DNA of 63,217 nucleotides, filler included, from 8 parts of 8 records of this genome joined end to end with filler, not necessarily neighbours in it; one strand, 5' to 3'; counted from the first letter of the whole stretch, positions 1 to 11,164 are shown. Notes: a model not told the origin generated them from the letters alone. Numbers and translations: made by a program.

Positions 1-612
1 GAATCTGACACTGAAGCCAAACGGAGGAAGGCCGAGGCCGAGAGCCGCCAAGCTTCTCAAGTGAGTGTGACGGCACTCGAGCAAGTGAATCGACTCAAGC
101 AGAAGCTAGACGAGGAGAGGGCTAAGGTGCAGTCAGTCGAAGCGGACGAAACCGATGCGGACAGCATTGCCAAGGAGCAAGCCGTTCGCAAGCAGAATGC
201 CGACCAAAGAGCTCAGACGGCCCAAAGCCTTGTGGAAACCACAAAAGTTGAAGTGCAGGCGTTAAAAACCCGATTGGAGAGCGCGAGTAAACAAAATCAG
301 GCGGCTGAATTAGCCAGGGCCAAGGCGGAGGCCGAGGTGGCGAGCGAACTTGACAGCGCCGAGCCGGTGTCAGCAACAGCTGTCGAGGACGAAGAGACCC
401 CGGCCAGGGCACAGCCTGCAGCTGAGGAGAAGGCAGCCGACACGGTTCCCCAGGAGGCTGATGCCAGCAAGGAAGATGCTAAGGAGACTGAGGTCAAGAA
501 GGAAGATGCTCAGGAGGTTCAGACCGAGAAGAAGGATGCCAAGGAGGCTGAGGTCAAGAAGGAAGACATCAAAAATGAAGGTGTCTCGGAAATGTCCAAC
601 CAAATGCTATAG
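1..612 (+). CDS. Coiled-coil/low-complexity protein, 5'-partial, with C-terminal KKEDAxExEx repeats
   Basis: Open frame from the window edge to TAG 612; E/K/A-rich; ~30-nt repeat units at ~469-570. Confidence 0.6.
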   Translation, partial: ESDTEAKRRKAEAESRQASQVSVTALEQVNRLKQKLDEERAKVQSVEADETDADSIAKEQAVRKQNADQRAQTAQSLVETTKVEVQALKTRLESASKQNQAAELARAKAEAEVASELDSAEPVSATAVEDEETPARAQPAAEEKAADTVPQEADASKEDAKETEVKKEDAQEVQTEKKDAKEAEVKKEDIKNEGVSEMSNQML

Positions 613-1105
613 GACTTCGAGTATGTATTATTCGAGGATACTATCAATAAAAACCACTACAAAATTCAAAAGTCGAGAACGACTCGATTCTTACGCGATT
701 AACGATGATGTCTCCGTTAGGCAACGCTCTCACCTGGCAGACGCATGGGGCCACGCGCGCGCCTTCGTCCGCGGGGTAGTTTTGATCGATTTGATCGATT
801 GGAAATCCGAACTCGTTCGCTACTAGTTCGGCGTGTACATCGGTCCACCAGTTCCCACCACAGCTGACGTGCTGGGCTAGCGGTGTGCCTTGCCTTGCGG
901 CGATTGCTGCAGGAGGAAGACAACATGGCGAAGCGGAGGAAATGGGCAAAAGGCAAACGGATATGGTCAGCGAAGCGATGGAAAGATGTAGCTGTAAGTT
1001 AGTGTATTAGTACAATCATGCACTCGTCGTGTCGGATTAGTGTCGGATGGCAGATCTAGATTGTAGCCCCGCTGGGGCTCTCGCTTCTTCTTGGCGGAGC
1101 GCCCA

Positions 1106-1704
1106 TCAATCTAAGTAGCAATGTACATTAAGCGAACGATCGAACGGACTCACATACGGCACCCGAGTCGGCTCGCCGTCTTGATGTCCCGGCTGGCGCA
1201 TCCCCGGTCTGAGACCCTGTCAGGCCGGGCGCAGGACGGAGCACCTCTTGACTGTATGCGCCCCGATCAAGTGCAGCTTGTCCCCTCCCCGGGTCGCCGT
1301 TGCACGGAGCTCGCTCGCCACACGATCGCCGAGCACATGGCTCAATGGCAGCCCCACCCTGCCCGCGTTCGCATCCCTGCCCCAGCCTCGCCCCAGCTTC
1401 CGGACCGGCAGGACCAATACTGCTGGGACTGACGAGCCTCGTGCTCGAGCTCGGCCGCGTCAAAGTCGCGCAGCTGGGCCTGGCGTGCCGCGAGCTCCCG
1501 GTGGAGTCCGCCGACGGCACGCTCGACCCCAAAGTACGGGCTGAAGCTGCCCCGCTGCGAGCGGCTGTGCGTGCCGCGGGCCGGGTGCGGGGACAGGTGT
1601 GCGCGCCGGTTCCAGCCCTGCCGGAACTGCCGCTCCCAGTACGGCAGGGCACGCGGTATGTCTGGCGTCTCGCTGAGCCGCGCATGTGACGTCTCGCTGA
1701 GCAT
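1106..1704 (-). CDS. Hypothetical spliced gene, head-to-head with ATM1
   Basis: ATG 1704 (MLSETSHARL...); frame can be continued through short GT-AG introns of the same style as elsewhere; no recognisable domain; 3' end approximate. Confidence 0.35.
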
Positions 1705-1771
1705 GTCTCCGCCCCCGCCCTGGGCCAGTGGACGTCCGTTAAAACCGGCCCGGCTCGACTCGGCGACTGGC

Positions 1772-4181
1772 ATGCTATCTGTCTGCCGGCGGGGGGCGCG
1801 TTCGGTGCTCAGCGCCGTCCCGGCAGGGCTCCCATCAGACCGGAGGGAGCGGCGCGGCCCTCCCCGCCGCTGGATCCGCAACCCGGGGGCCGCCTTCGCC
1901 GGTCCAGCTACCGCCGGGCCTGAAGCGGTGTCGGAGCGGCGCATCCTCGGGCGGCTGCTGCCCTACCTGTTCCCGGCGGACCGGCCGGAGCTGCGGGCGC
2001 GGGTGGTGGCGTCGATGGGGCTGCTGGTCGGGGCCAAGCTTCTAAACGTGCAGGTGCCGATCATCTTCAAGCACGCGGTCGATTCACTCTCGGACCCGTC
2101 GGCCTCTAGCTGCTACCTGGGGCTGATCGAGAACCCGGCCTTGCTCATGCTGGCCTACGGCACGGTCAGGGTCGGACAGGCGTGTGCCCGCCCGCCGGCC
2201 CGTGAGCGCGGGCGCAGGCCGTCTGCAACGAGGGACGGACCGCGGTGTTCGCCTCGGTGACCGAGCACGCCATCCGGCGGTTGTCCACGGAGGTGGGCCG
2301 GCCGGGGGGCGAGCTGAGCCCGGGCGGAGGTGTTCACGCACCTACATCGGCTGGATTTGAGCTTTCACCTCGGGCGGCAGACTGGAGCTGTCACCAGGTG
2401 CTGTCCCGCTGCACAGTCGCTGGTCAGTCGAAGGCAGGTGGGTGGATCGTGGCACCCAAGGAGTCAGCTTCGTGCTGAACGCGCTGGTGTTCAACATTGC
2501 ACCGATCGCGCTCGAAGTCGGGCTGGTGAGTGCGATCATGACATACACTTGCGGCCCGCAATACACGGCAGTCGCAGTAGCAACTGTGGCCGGATACTCA
2601 GCCTTCACCATATCAGTCACCCAGTGGCGGACCCAGTTCCGGAGGCAGATGAATCAGCACTCAAACTTGTCCTCCTCTTACTTGGTTGACTCTCTCGTAA
2701 ACTATGAGACGGTTCGTCTCCTCCGCTGGCCGGCCGCAGCCTCAGGCAGGTCAAGTACTTCTGCAACGAAAAGCTCGAGCACGACCGGTGCCCAGCCCAC
2801 CCGGCCCGGCCCGACCGGGAGCTGTCAGGTACGACCGGGAGCTCGAAAAGTACCAGCAGGCCGCTGTTCAGACCGCTACCACGCTCTCGATGCTCAACTT
2901 CGGCCAATCGGCCATTGTAAGCCTCGGGCTGGCCAGCTCAATGTACTTGGCGGCGGGGGACATCCAGGCCGGCCTGATGACAGTCGGCGACCTGGTGATG
3001 CTCAACGGGCTTCTTTTCCAGCTCTCGGTTCCGCTCGCAATGCTCGGCACTTCATACAGGCTGCTCCGCCAGTCCGTAGTGGACATGCAGAACCTATTTG
3101 GGCTTCTCGAGACCCAGCCGCAGGCAGCCCGGGCCGGCGCGCCAGCGAGCATTGGCTAGGTGCTGGACCTGCCGGACGCGCGCAAGCTGATCGTCTCCGC
3201 GCCGCCGGCAGTTGAATTCCGAGACGTCCACTTCGGATACACGTCCGACCGCCGGATTTTCAATGGCCTTAGCTTCGCAGTAGAGCCCGGACAGACAGTC
3301 GGCCTGGTCGGGCCGTCGGGAAGCGGCAAATCAACTGTGCTCCGGTTAATCTCTAGAATGTACCAGCCCAGCACCGGCGAGCTTCTTATAGACGGTGGCT
3401 CACTCGGCTGTCGAGTGGTTGTGACTGGGAGGCAGGCGAGCCGCTGTCGGAATTGGACAGTGACTCGGTGAGGCGGGCGATTGCGATGGTGCCGCAGGAC
3501 GTGGTATCGAGCATGGCTGTTGAGGTCACTGAGGAGGCGGGTGCAGGTCTTGTTCAACGATACTCTCAAGTACAATATCGCCTATGGGGACCCTCAGGCC
3601 TCACTGGAGCAGGTAGCTTTGGCGAGCGTGCACCGTTTCATGCCCTGCTCGCCAGATCATGGCAGCTGCGAGCGCTGCCCAACTCGACGGCACAATCACC
3701 AGCTTGGAGCATGGGCTAGACACGATGGTGACTGCTGTTGGGTCTCGCTGATGCCATTGCGTCAGGTGGGCGAGCGCGGTCTCAAGCTTTCTGGTGGCGA
3801 GAAGCAGCGGGTTGCTATTGCGCGGGCTGTGCTCAAGAACGGCCCGTTGCTGCTGCATGACGAGGCCACCTCGGCGCTGGACGGCGCGACGGTGGGCAGG
3901 CGGGGGGGCGTGTGTGACGTGGGGGGCAGGAGCGCGATGTGGCTAGTGCGCTGCACAGGATGGCGCACCATACTAGCTTGCTAGTGGCGCACAGGCTGAC
4001 CACCGTGATGGACGCCGATAAGATCCTGGTGCTCGGGAACGGTGGCTGGGTCCGGCTGGTTGGTGCGCTGAGCCTGTTGGCGGCAGGACGGGTGATCGAG
4101 GAGGGGCCGCACGCCGAGCTCTTGGCGATTCGAGGCGGAGTCTATGCTAACATGTGGGAAGAACGCAAGGACGAGCTCTAG
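1772..4181 (+). CDS. ATM1: Mitochondrial ABC half-transporter ATM1/ABCB7, 12 introns
   Basis: Arg-rich presequence; [28 protein letters not shown], Walker [30 protein letters not shown]. Introns 2180-2217 (GC), 2293-2329, 2398-2437, 2712-2749, 2788-2828, 3124-3159 (GC), 3395-3435, 3504-3546, 3613-3655, 3728-3765, 3892-3929 and 4042-4086 give one continuous frame. Confidence 0.93.
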
Positions 4182-4230
4182 TGCATGGCACTACGGCACT
4201 TAGTACGTGTATGCGTACATGCTCATGCAG

Positions 4231-4310
4231 GCTCGGCTTAGCTCGGCTTAGCTCGGTTGCACTCCTGTTTAAACCGGCGCGCCTTGCTGTTTAGGCCGGC
4301 GCGCCTTGCA
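4231..4310. repeat. Short tandem repeats in a convergent intergenic region
   Basis: GCTCGGCTTA x2 plus a partial third copy; CCGGCGCGCCTTGC x2. Confidence 0.7.
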
Positions 4311-4406
4311 GGCGCGATAAAGTCATTAGAAAGTGTTAAGAAAGTGTGATCTCACTTTTTACTTTGGCTCAATTACAGTACGTGGGTACGCAGTATGTAC
4401 GTCGAC

Positions 4407-5717
4407 TCAGTGCTTGAGCTCTAGCTCTCGGAGGCCAGCCACTGCTTCATTGCACAAGCCCAGTACTGATGTGAACCGGTCCTTATACACGATCAGCTTG
4501 TTTCTGTGCTCTTCATTCTCGGCCGCGACCTTCGTGTCGTGCTCGCGCTGCACTTCTACTCCCGTCTGCTCCTCCTCCCGCGTAGCGGCCTCTGCCGAGG
4601 CCTTTTGAGTGCGCTGGTCACTTGCCAGCGTCTGAGCGGCTCCGATCTCATTTGTTATTGCCGTGTTTGTAGCCTCCAGCTGGGCCACACCCACAGCCAG
4701 CAACCGCCGGGCCGGGGCGCTCATTGCCGCCCGAGCCGCATCGAGGTGCTGCTCTGCCTGTTGCTTCTCGGCCTGCATGCCAGAGACCTGACTGAGCTGC
4801 TGGTCCAGGCTCTCTTGGCCCGCCTGGATGCGAGCCTCCGCCTGCTTCCTCTCACGTGTGGCCGAGGCCGCCCGCTGCGCTGCCCGCTGGTGGGTAGAGA
4901 GCGCGGCCAGCTTCTGGTTCTGTTGCTCAGCCGCGCGCTCCTCCAGCTTGGCAAGCTCCTCCGCGCTATCTCCGTTTGACCGGGCCGCGCTCACCTCGCG
5001 CTGCGTCGCCGCCAGACTTTGTGAGGCCTGCTCGACCGGCTCCTGCGTCCCTGCCACCGCCCCGATCGCGGATTGCTCCGCTTGCTCCAGATTGGGCGCC
5101 TGGTCGCGCAGGGTCTGGATCCGGATCTGCAGCCGCTCGGCCGCCTCTTGTGCGGCCCGTAGACTCGTCTTGGCTGCCCCCAGCGCCAGGCTGGCTTGCT
5201 TGACCGCGTGCAGCTTGGGCTGGCAGGCGCCCATTTGATTGATAAACTCGGCGTGCATTTGGTCGACCTCCCGCTCGTGCTCTTGCTCCAGCCTGGCCAG
5301 CTCCTGATTGCAATGGGCCCGCAGCTCCGAGGTCTGGGCCCGCTGAGCATCGAGCTGGCTGTTGGCCGCATCCAGCTCCGACTTGGCCGCGGTTTGCTGG
5401 TCGGTTGCCGACTTGAGCTCGGCCTGGAGCCGTGCCTGCCGCTGCTGAAGTTCCGCTGCCCGGCTGGCAAATCTTCCTTCGGATCGACCATGCCTGTTCC
5501 AGTGATTCAAGGCTGCACGGCAATTGGTACCATATGCCCTTCTCAAGTCTGCATACTTGTTCAAGTAGTACTGGCAATCAAAGGTCGGGTGCCGCTCAGC
5601 GGTGGATTGGTCCGACTCCAGAGCTGCCGAGTGTCCCGCTTGAGCCTGAACCTCGAGCGCGACGGCGTGAGCCAGGACAATCAAGAGTCCTGCCGCCTGG
5701 ACGATCTTGAGCGCCAT
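4407..5717 (-). CDS. Secreted coiled-coil protein with an N-terminal FDxxYYL...HW..HG..EGR module
   Basis: Signal peptide MALKIVQAAGLLIVLAHAVA; FDCQYYLNKYADLRRAYG...ALNHWNRHGRSEGR; then ~350 aa of A/Q/E-rich heptads; no intron needed. Confidence 0.75.
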   Translation of the reverse strand: MALKIVQAAGLLIVLAHAVALEVQAQAGHSAALESDQSTAERHPTFDCQYYLNKYADLRRAYGTNCRAALNHWNRHGRSEGRFASRAAELQQRQARLQAELKSATDQQTAAKSELDAANSQLDAQRAQTSELRAHCNQELARLEQEHEREVDQMHAEFINQMGACQPKLHAVKQASLALGAAKTSLRAAQEAAERLQIRIQTLRDQAPNLEQAEQSAIGAVAGTQEPVEQASQSLAATQREVSAARSNGDSAEELAKLEERAAEQQNQKLAALSTHQRAAQRAASATRERKQAEARIQAGQESLDQQLSQVSGMQAEKQQAEQHLDAARAAMSAPARRLLAVGVAQLEATNTAITNEIGAAQTLASDQRTQKASAEAATREEEQTGVEVQREHDTKVAAENEEHRNKLIVYKDRFTSVLGLCNEAVAGLRELELKH

Positions 5718-5937
5718 GGCTGTTTTTGAGGCGATGATAATCTCACCGGCAACGATTAATATTGCGCGGCAAAGCCGACTGACTGGCTGCACTAAGGGAC
5801 CAAGGCGCCAGGGCGGCGGGGCGGGCACCATACATACCATACAGGTATGTCAGAGGGCCAACGGAAAAATGCGCGCGCGGGGCTGAGCGTTGGGGCTGAG
5901 CGTTGGGATGGGCGGGCAGTGGTGGGAGGTGTTGGCG

Positions 5938-6037
5938 NNNNNNNNNNNNNNNNNNNNNNNNNNNNNNNNNNNNNNNNNNNNTTAATTAATTAANNNNNNN
6001 NNNNNNNNNNNNNNNNNNNNNNNNNNNNNNNNNNNNN
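5938..6037. other. Artificial contig spacer (also 14139-14238, 25656-25755, 32513-32612, 41225-41324, 47510-47609, 59254-59353)
   Basis: Identical 100-nt N-run/TTAATTAATTAA/N-run linker with stops in all frames. Confidence 0.98.
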
Positions 6038-6491
6038 GCTCTCGCGGACAAGGTCGCCACCAAGCTCGCCGGTCTCCTCCAAGTCCAGGTCCGGTCATGC
6101 GACGAGATAATAGTCGGCGACAGCGGGACCGTCGATGCTCTCGCGAAAGTCACGGTTCATGGAGGAGACCCGCTTGAGCAATGCGGCACCCCTGCTTCGG
6201 ACGGCGGCTGCGACAAAATACAAGGCTATTGCAACGGCGCATGCGCAACCCGAACAGATTGCGACGCTTGCTGCGACGGCACCCCGCCGAATGCGAATGG
6301 TGGATGCGGGTCCGTCCAGCTCCTCCAGACCAAGAAGACGTGTCCCGCAGGACAAAGCTCCTGCGACGGAGGCGCCGGTTGCACGGGTGGCCTGTGCGGC
6401 GATATTTGCGTCCACGGTGAGTGCGTGGACACGTCAAACAAGGTCAACACTGGTTACTCCTGCATTGGATGTTGAAGTCTACAAGCTCTGA
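6038..6491 (+). CDS. 3' fragment of a hypothetical protein
   Basis: ORF near the contig start ending TGA 6491, followed by AT-rich terminator-like sequence. Confidence 0.4.
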
Positions 6492-6818
6492 TCGTACCAA
6501 CCAATGCGAGTACATCAATCGAGTTTGACAAATTACCCACGAGTCAGACAGAGTAGAGAACATAGTGAAAACTATGGTTCGGCATTGTATCACCATAGCT
6601 ATCACGTTTACTCTTAAGACGTTTACTAATGTTTATTGAAATGAGTAATCTACTCAAAATTAATATTAGGTAAATGGCCTTGAGGTGGCTGCAGTCTGGT
6701 GCTGAGCTCGTCGCAGATGGTGCTGCAGCTTACCAACCTGGTTATGATTATATGGTTCATCCCGACTTTCTAAGAAATTTACTCATATCAGTCATGAGGA
6801 TATAGAAAACCGGCCGAT

Positions 6819-9800
6819 TTAGGTCGTTTTGGCTGTTGTGCCAATGATCAGCTCGCCGTTGGGATACATACAGCTTTGATACGCGTCGTGCACAGGCTGG
6901 TGGAGCCAGGCAGGGTCCAACTGATCATTAGGCCCCGACGCGTCCTCCATCCACAAGTCACACACGCAGCTGACCTAGCCAACATAGGTCAGAGCCAAGG
7001 CGGAAGCCACCATTGATGGTCGGAAGGTGAGCTCAAGCCACTGATGTCGCTCGACCGTGTTTGACACCACCGTGTGCTGTCCTTCATAGAAAGTGAACCC
7101 ACCACGGTACTTCAAGTCAATTCCAAGCAACTCTGTGAACGGATACAAAAACGCTGCCATCGTGCTTGACACTCCATGGCACTGACCCTGCCCCCGTGTC
7201 GCCAATTTTGCCACGTTGTCAGTGCGACCAACCCTACCGTGCACGACCCCTCTCCAACCCTTGAAACTTACAATGTCTAGACAGGCTCTCACAGCGTGCA
7301 CACACTGCTGTTGCAGCTCCAGGCAGCGGACTGGCTCCGCAAAGTCGAGTTTCTCAACAATTGGAGCCACCGCCAGCACAATTTGGTAAAGCTTAGCTTG
7401 GACGGCTAGGCTGCTGTAGTCGCACCAAACGCCATCCTCTAGTCGGACTCCACGGATAGGGTCTTGCTCGAATTCGTGCGGGTTATTCAACCGCTCCAAC
7501 TCGCTCATCAAAACTTGGACAGACTGGCTCTCGCCCAAATCCGTCTCCACCAAGACTGTGGCCATTTCGCCCTCACATTGGACAAACTCGGCACGATGAG
7601 TCACGAACAGCTCAGACTGAGCACTGGCATCTGCAGAGATCCGCATGTACCCTGGGTGAGTGACATTTGAGATCACCGGTGCCCGCACTAGCACCTGCCG
7701 ACCTTTATAAAAGCGCGGTGACTGCGCCATCATCTCCCAGTTGCGTGGCCCATTGAGCCACACCCCAAGCGCCAGCAGCTGCTGTGGATGAGCAACGGGA
7801 ATCTGGACCAGGGGAGGCAGACTGCCAAACAGCCGCACTGCCTCCGTGTGCAGCTCGTTGGAGCCGAGCAGCAGCGCCGCCTCAAGCAGCTGCTGCATCC
7901 TACCAGATGAGAACACGGCCCTGAAAGCCTCGACAGCAGCCGTCTGTTGACTGCCTTGCTGCAAAATCTGACGGGCCTGGCACAGGTCCAGCTTTCCATC
8001 GTCCACTGCTATCAGCGGTTGGAAAGACACCTGCCCGCCGTCACACCCTGCAGAGGGCGAGTCCAGGCCTGGTTGCCATACACGTCCTGTCCTGAAGCCT
8101 CGGGGAGCGGCCCGGCAGCAGCTTGCTGGTCTAGGAACGGATTCCTCCCAGTGAGAAACTCGAGCATGTGCCCAATCATTTGAGGCCTCACGCTCTTGCG
8201 GCTCTTCTTGGTGAACCCGCTCTTGATGAGCTTGATTGTGCCGTTAGGAATCGACTTTGCGAGTGGCTGCCACATGTTCCACGGATGAAATTGGTCCTCC
8301 TTTTGCCAAAGGACTAAGCTGGGCGCAACAAGCCGCCGTAGCTCGCCCTGCCGCCGCTCCTGCCAGGGCATTGAGGCCCACAAGCTTAGGCTAGGCGCCT
8401 GATAGCTGGCGTGGATGATCACCAAATATTCCACCACGGCCGGTGACCTGATCACGGCTGGTCAGGGCAAGGTGGAGCGCAGTTGAGACCTGAGGGCCAG
8501 CGAGATGGCAATTCCTGCGCCCCAATCTGAGCCAACCATTGTAGCATTGTGCACGCCCAGCGCCTCTAGCACAGCTGCTACTATATCCACCGCCCCACCC
8601 TTATCAAGATTGAACTCTGACCGCGCAGACTTGTGCTCGCCACCGTTGATCATGTGAACACCAGTGGAGAGCCCGCAGCCTGGCATATCTGGTGCCACCA
8701 CTGCGAAACCACTGGAGATTAGCGGACCGAAACACCAGCTGTACTCCTCCGAGCATGATGGGTACCCATGAAGGAACACGGCCACCGGTTGGTTGGCCAC
8801 GTCGCCGTACACGCGCACGGATAGAGTGCCGAGTGGAGTCTGCACCGGCCGCGGTCCTCCGAGCTCGTCTAGCTGAATTGACTCCCACGGCATGGTTCGG
8901 GGCTCGGACCTTGGATTGGGCTTAGGCTTTGGCCTGGTATTGGGCGGCAGCGTGGATCTAGGCTTGATCAGGTTCACAATCGGTTTGTTCTTGACGCTCG
9001 AGAAGCTCCTGGCAAAGCGGAGCGTGGCGATGGACTCGGATGCCGAGTCGAACGAAGATGACACGGTGGCAAGCAGCACGGTGCGACAGTTACCGCCGAG
9101 TGAGTTGGACAGCAGCCGAGTTAGCGTACAGTTGCGGTACGGAATATGCGATACGCGCTGTTTGCTCACCAACTTGGAGACCACTTCTGCCAGGAATTGG
9201 AGTGAAGAGTTGATTGCACATGCCTCGGCTGCCCGGTTACCAGTCGCGCCCGACCTCTTGATCCTCTCCGAGCCGGCCAGATCGACCAGGTGCAGCTGGG
9301 CCACTCGCCTGCTCTCGAGATTGCCGGTCTCGACAGTGAAGCTGGTGATCAGGTGAGACCGCGATGAGAGTTGGTTCATTTCCGTCGCGCCAGTTGCCCG
9401 CCTGCTGTACGCGCGACCCAGCAGCTCGGCCGCGTCGGCCGCCTCTCCGATCGGCTCTACGGAGGCGCCCTCAACGAACACCCCGCCGCCGGGGCTCTCT
9501 CGCAGCCGGACTGGCGGGGTTGTGGGGTGGAGCAAATCGGTGAGTTGCTCCCCGTACAGCTGCAGACAGGTCAGCTGGAGCAAATCGGCCGGCCCCAGCT
9601 GCCCGACCAGCTGATCCACCGCCCGCGGCACCACCCCACGGCCCGGACCGGACCAGTGCTCGCCCATGGTGTACGTCTTACCCGAGCCGGTCTGGCCGTA
9701 CGCGAATACAGTACCATTCACCCCGGCGGCGGCCGACTGGACCACCGGGTTGATGAGCTGGTATACCTCCTCCTGGGAGGCGGCGGGGCCGAGCACCCGG

Positions 9801-10051
9801 TCGAATCTGAACCCGGCCACGTCGGCGCTGTCGAGCGGCCGGTCTGAGTTGATCACCACCGGCTTGTCCGACTTGCTCACAAGCACGCACTGTTCGGCCA
9901 CCGCCACGCCCAGTCGGACCACGGCGCCCGGGAGCACCTCGCGCGGGAGCGGCGGGCGAACGCGCACGCCGACCAGGATCCCGGGCCGCTCCTGCAGCGA
10001 GGCAGTGGCCCCGGAGCAGTTGCTAAGCCCGAACTTACCCGCCCGCTCCAT
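6819..10051 (-). CDS. Kinesin motor + alpha/beta hydrolase + transglutaminase-like fusion
   Basis: Kinesin VRVRP, FAYGQTGSGKTYTM, NQLSSRSH, LVDLAGSE, HIPYR; hydrolase FLHGYP and GSDWG; C-terminal GQCHG/RHQWLE/VCDLW. Introns 8448-8489, 8360-8398 (putative, in frame), 8031-8068 (GC) and 6975-7010 join three ORFs; stop 6819-6821; start codon uncertain. Confidence 0.85.
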
Positions 10052-10229
10052 GGATCTCGCCGTTTTCAAGGGAGTTTCCACATTGGGGGATCGCTGGCCC
10101 GCTGGCCTTGGTCTACAATAGCTTGATTCAACTGCACAGACAGAGGTCAACTCCAAAGCGTATTTAACAAGTACCGGAGCGGTTCAAGCTTCAGCTTGTA
10201 GGCTGGTCTGGCTAGTCTTTACTCGAAGC

Positions 10230-11057
10230 TTAAAATCTAAAGCTAGCAGATCGGGAGTCCGGCGGGATGATCCGACCGGCCACGTTAGGAAATCGCTTGG
10301 GTATCCGAGCCCGGAGCTCCAGCGGATTGTCCGAAAGGTTAACAAACGACCCCACCGTCACTTGGTCAAAGCACTTGGGAAGCGAGACAAGCTGGTTATC
10401 CCACAGGCCCAAGTACCCTCCCACAACAATACGGCCAAACCTTGCCGGGAGCCCCCTCAGGCAATTGTGAGCGAGGTTGAGGTCCCCAGAGCACCGGAGA
10501 GTGCCAAACGACTCAGGCAGCTGCTCTAGGTGGAGTCTCGTCAGATTCCACCCTTGCAGAGTGCCGCCCCAGCTATATTCGGCTTCCTCGTGCCGCCCGT
10601 TGCCCTCTAGCCACGGGTTCAGCTCGACCAGATCGGCCCACAGCATCTTTACGGCCTCTTTGTGCCGGCCCTCCGCCCAGAAATACTCCAGCTGCTTCAG
10701 CCGCACCTCCGGCGCCGTGTCAGCCGGTGCCACCGCCCGCAGCTCGGCGCCCTGACCCCGGGCTCACCGCGGCCAGAGGCTCACACGCGCCTCGCAGACT
10801 CCGTGGTCGCACAGCCGGTGGTCAGGCGGCATCAGCACCTCGCTGAACCATATCTGGGTGCAGACAGCCACCGCCTCGGCCGCCTCCGAGGCCGGCCTGA
10901 GGGCGGCGATGGCCGCGCCGGCCAGTTGATTGAACCGGGCGTTGGCCGGCAGATAGAGCGGGGCGGTCTGGCCGTCCAGCACCACCTTCACCTCGATCGG
11001 AGCCCCGGCGTCCCCAGCCGCCGCGTCCGCCTGCTCTTCCGACATACCACAGCCCAT
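10230..11057 (-). CDS. Acylated ubiquitin-like + leucine-rich-repeat protein
   Basis: MGCGMS start; Ubl-like IEVKV...RLCDHGVCE/GAEL; LRRs LEQLPESFG, LAHNCLRGLP, LWDNQLVSLP; GC-AG intron 10752-10790. Confidence 0.7.
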
Positions 11058-11164
11058 GGGCGACTACCACCCGGTGACCCGAAGGGGAGCTGCGTCAGAA
11101 TGTCCGTTAGATACTTTTTATTCTGCAAAATAATGCATTGAAGTGCCAAGGCGGAGCGCTGAGT

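Noticed and set aside
644-1100. Short ORFs between the first gene and the ATM1 region
   Set aside because: No recognisable motifs or consistent splice model
2180-3765. ~110-nt periodicity of ATM1 intron starts
   Set aside because: Several spacings are 105-115 nt but others (76, 271, 164, 150) do not fit; too few to support phasing
1772-4181. Apparent frameshifts suggesting pseudogenes or programmed frameshifting
   Set aside because: Each break examined is resolved by a short GT/GC-AG intron that restores conserved motifs
5938-6037. Recurrent TTAATTAATTAA flanked by Ns
   Set aside because: Identical synthetic contig linker, not biological; synteny across it is invalid
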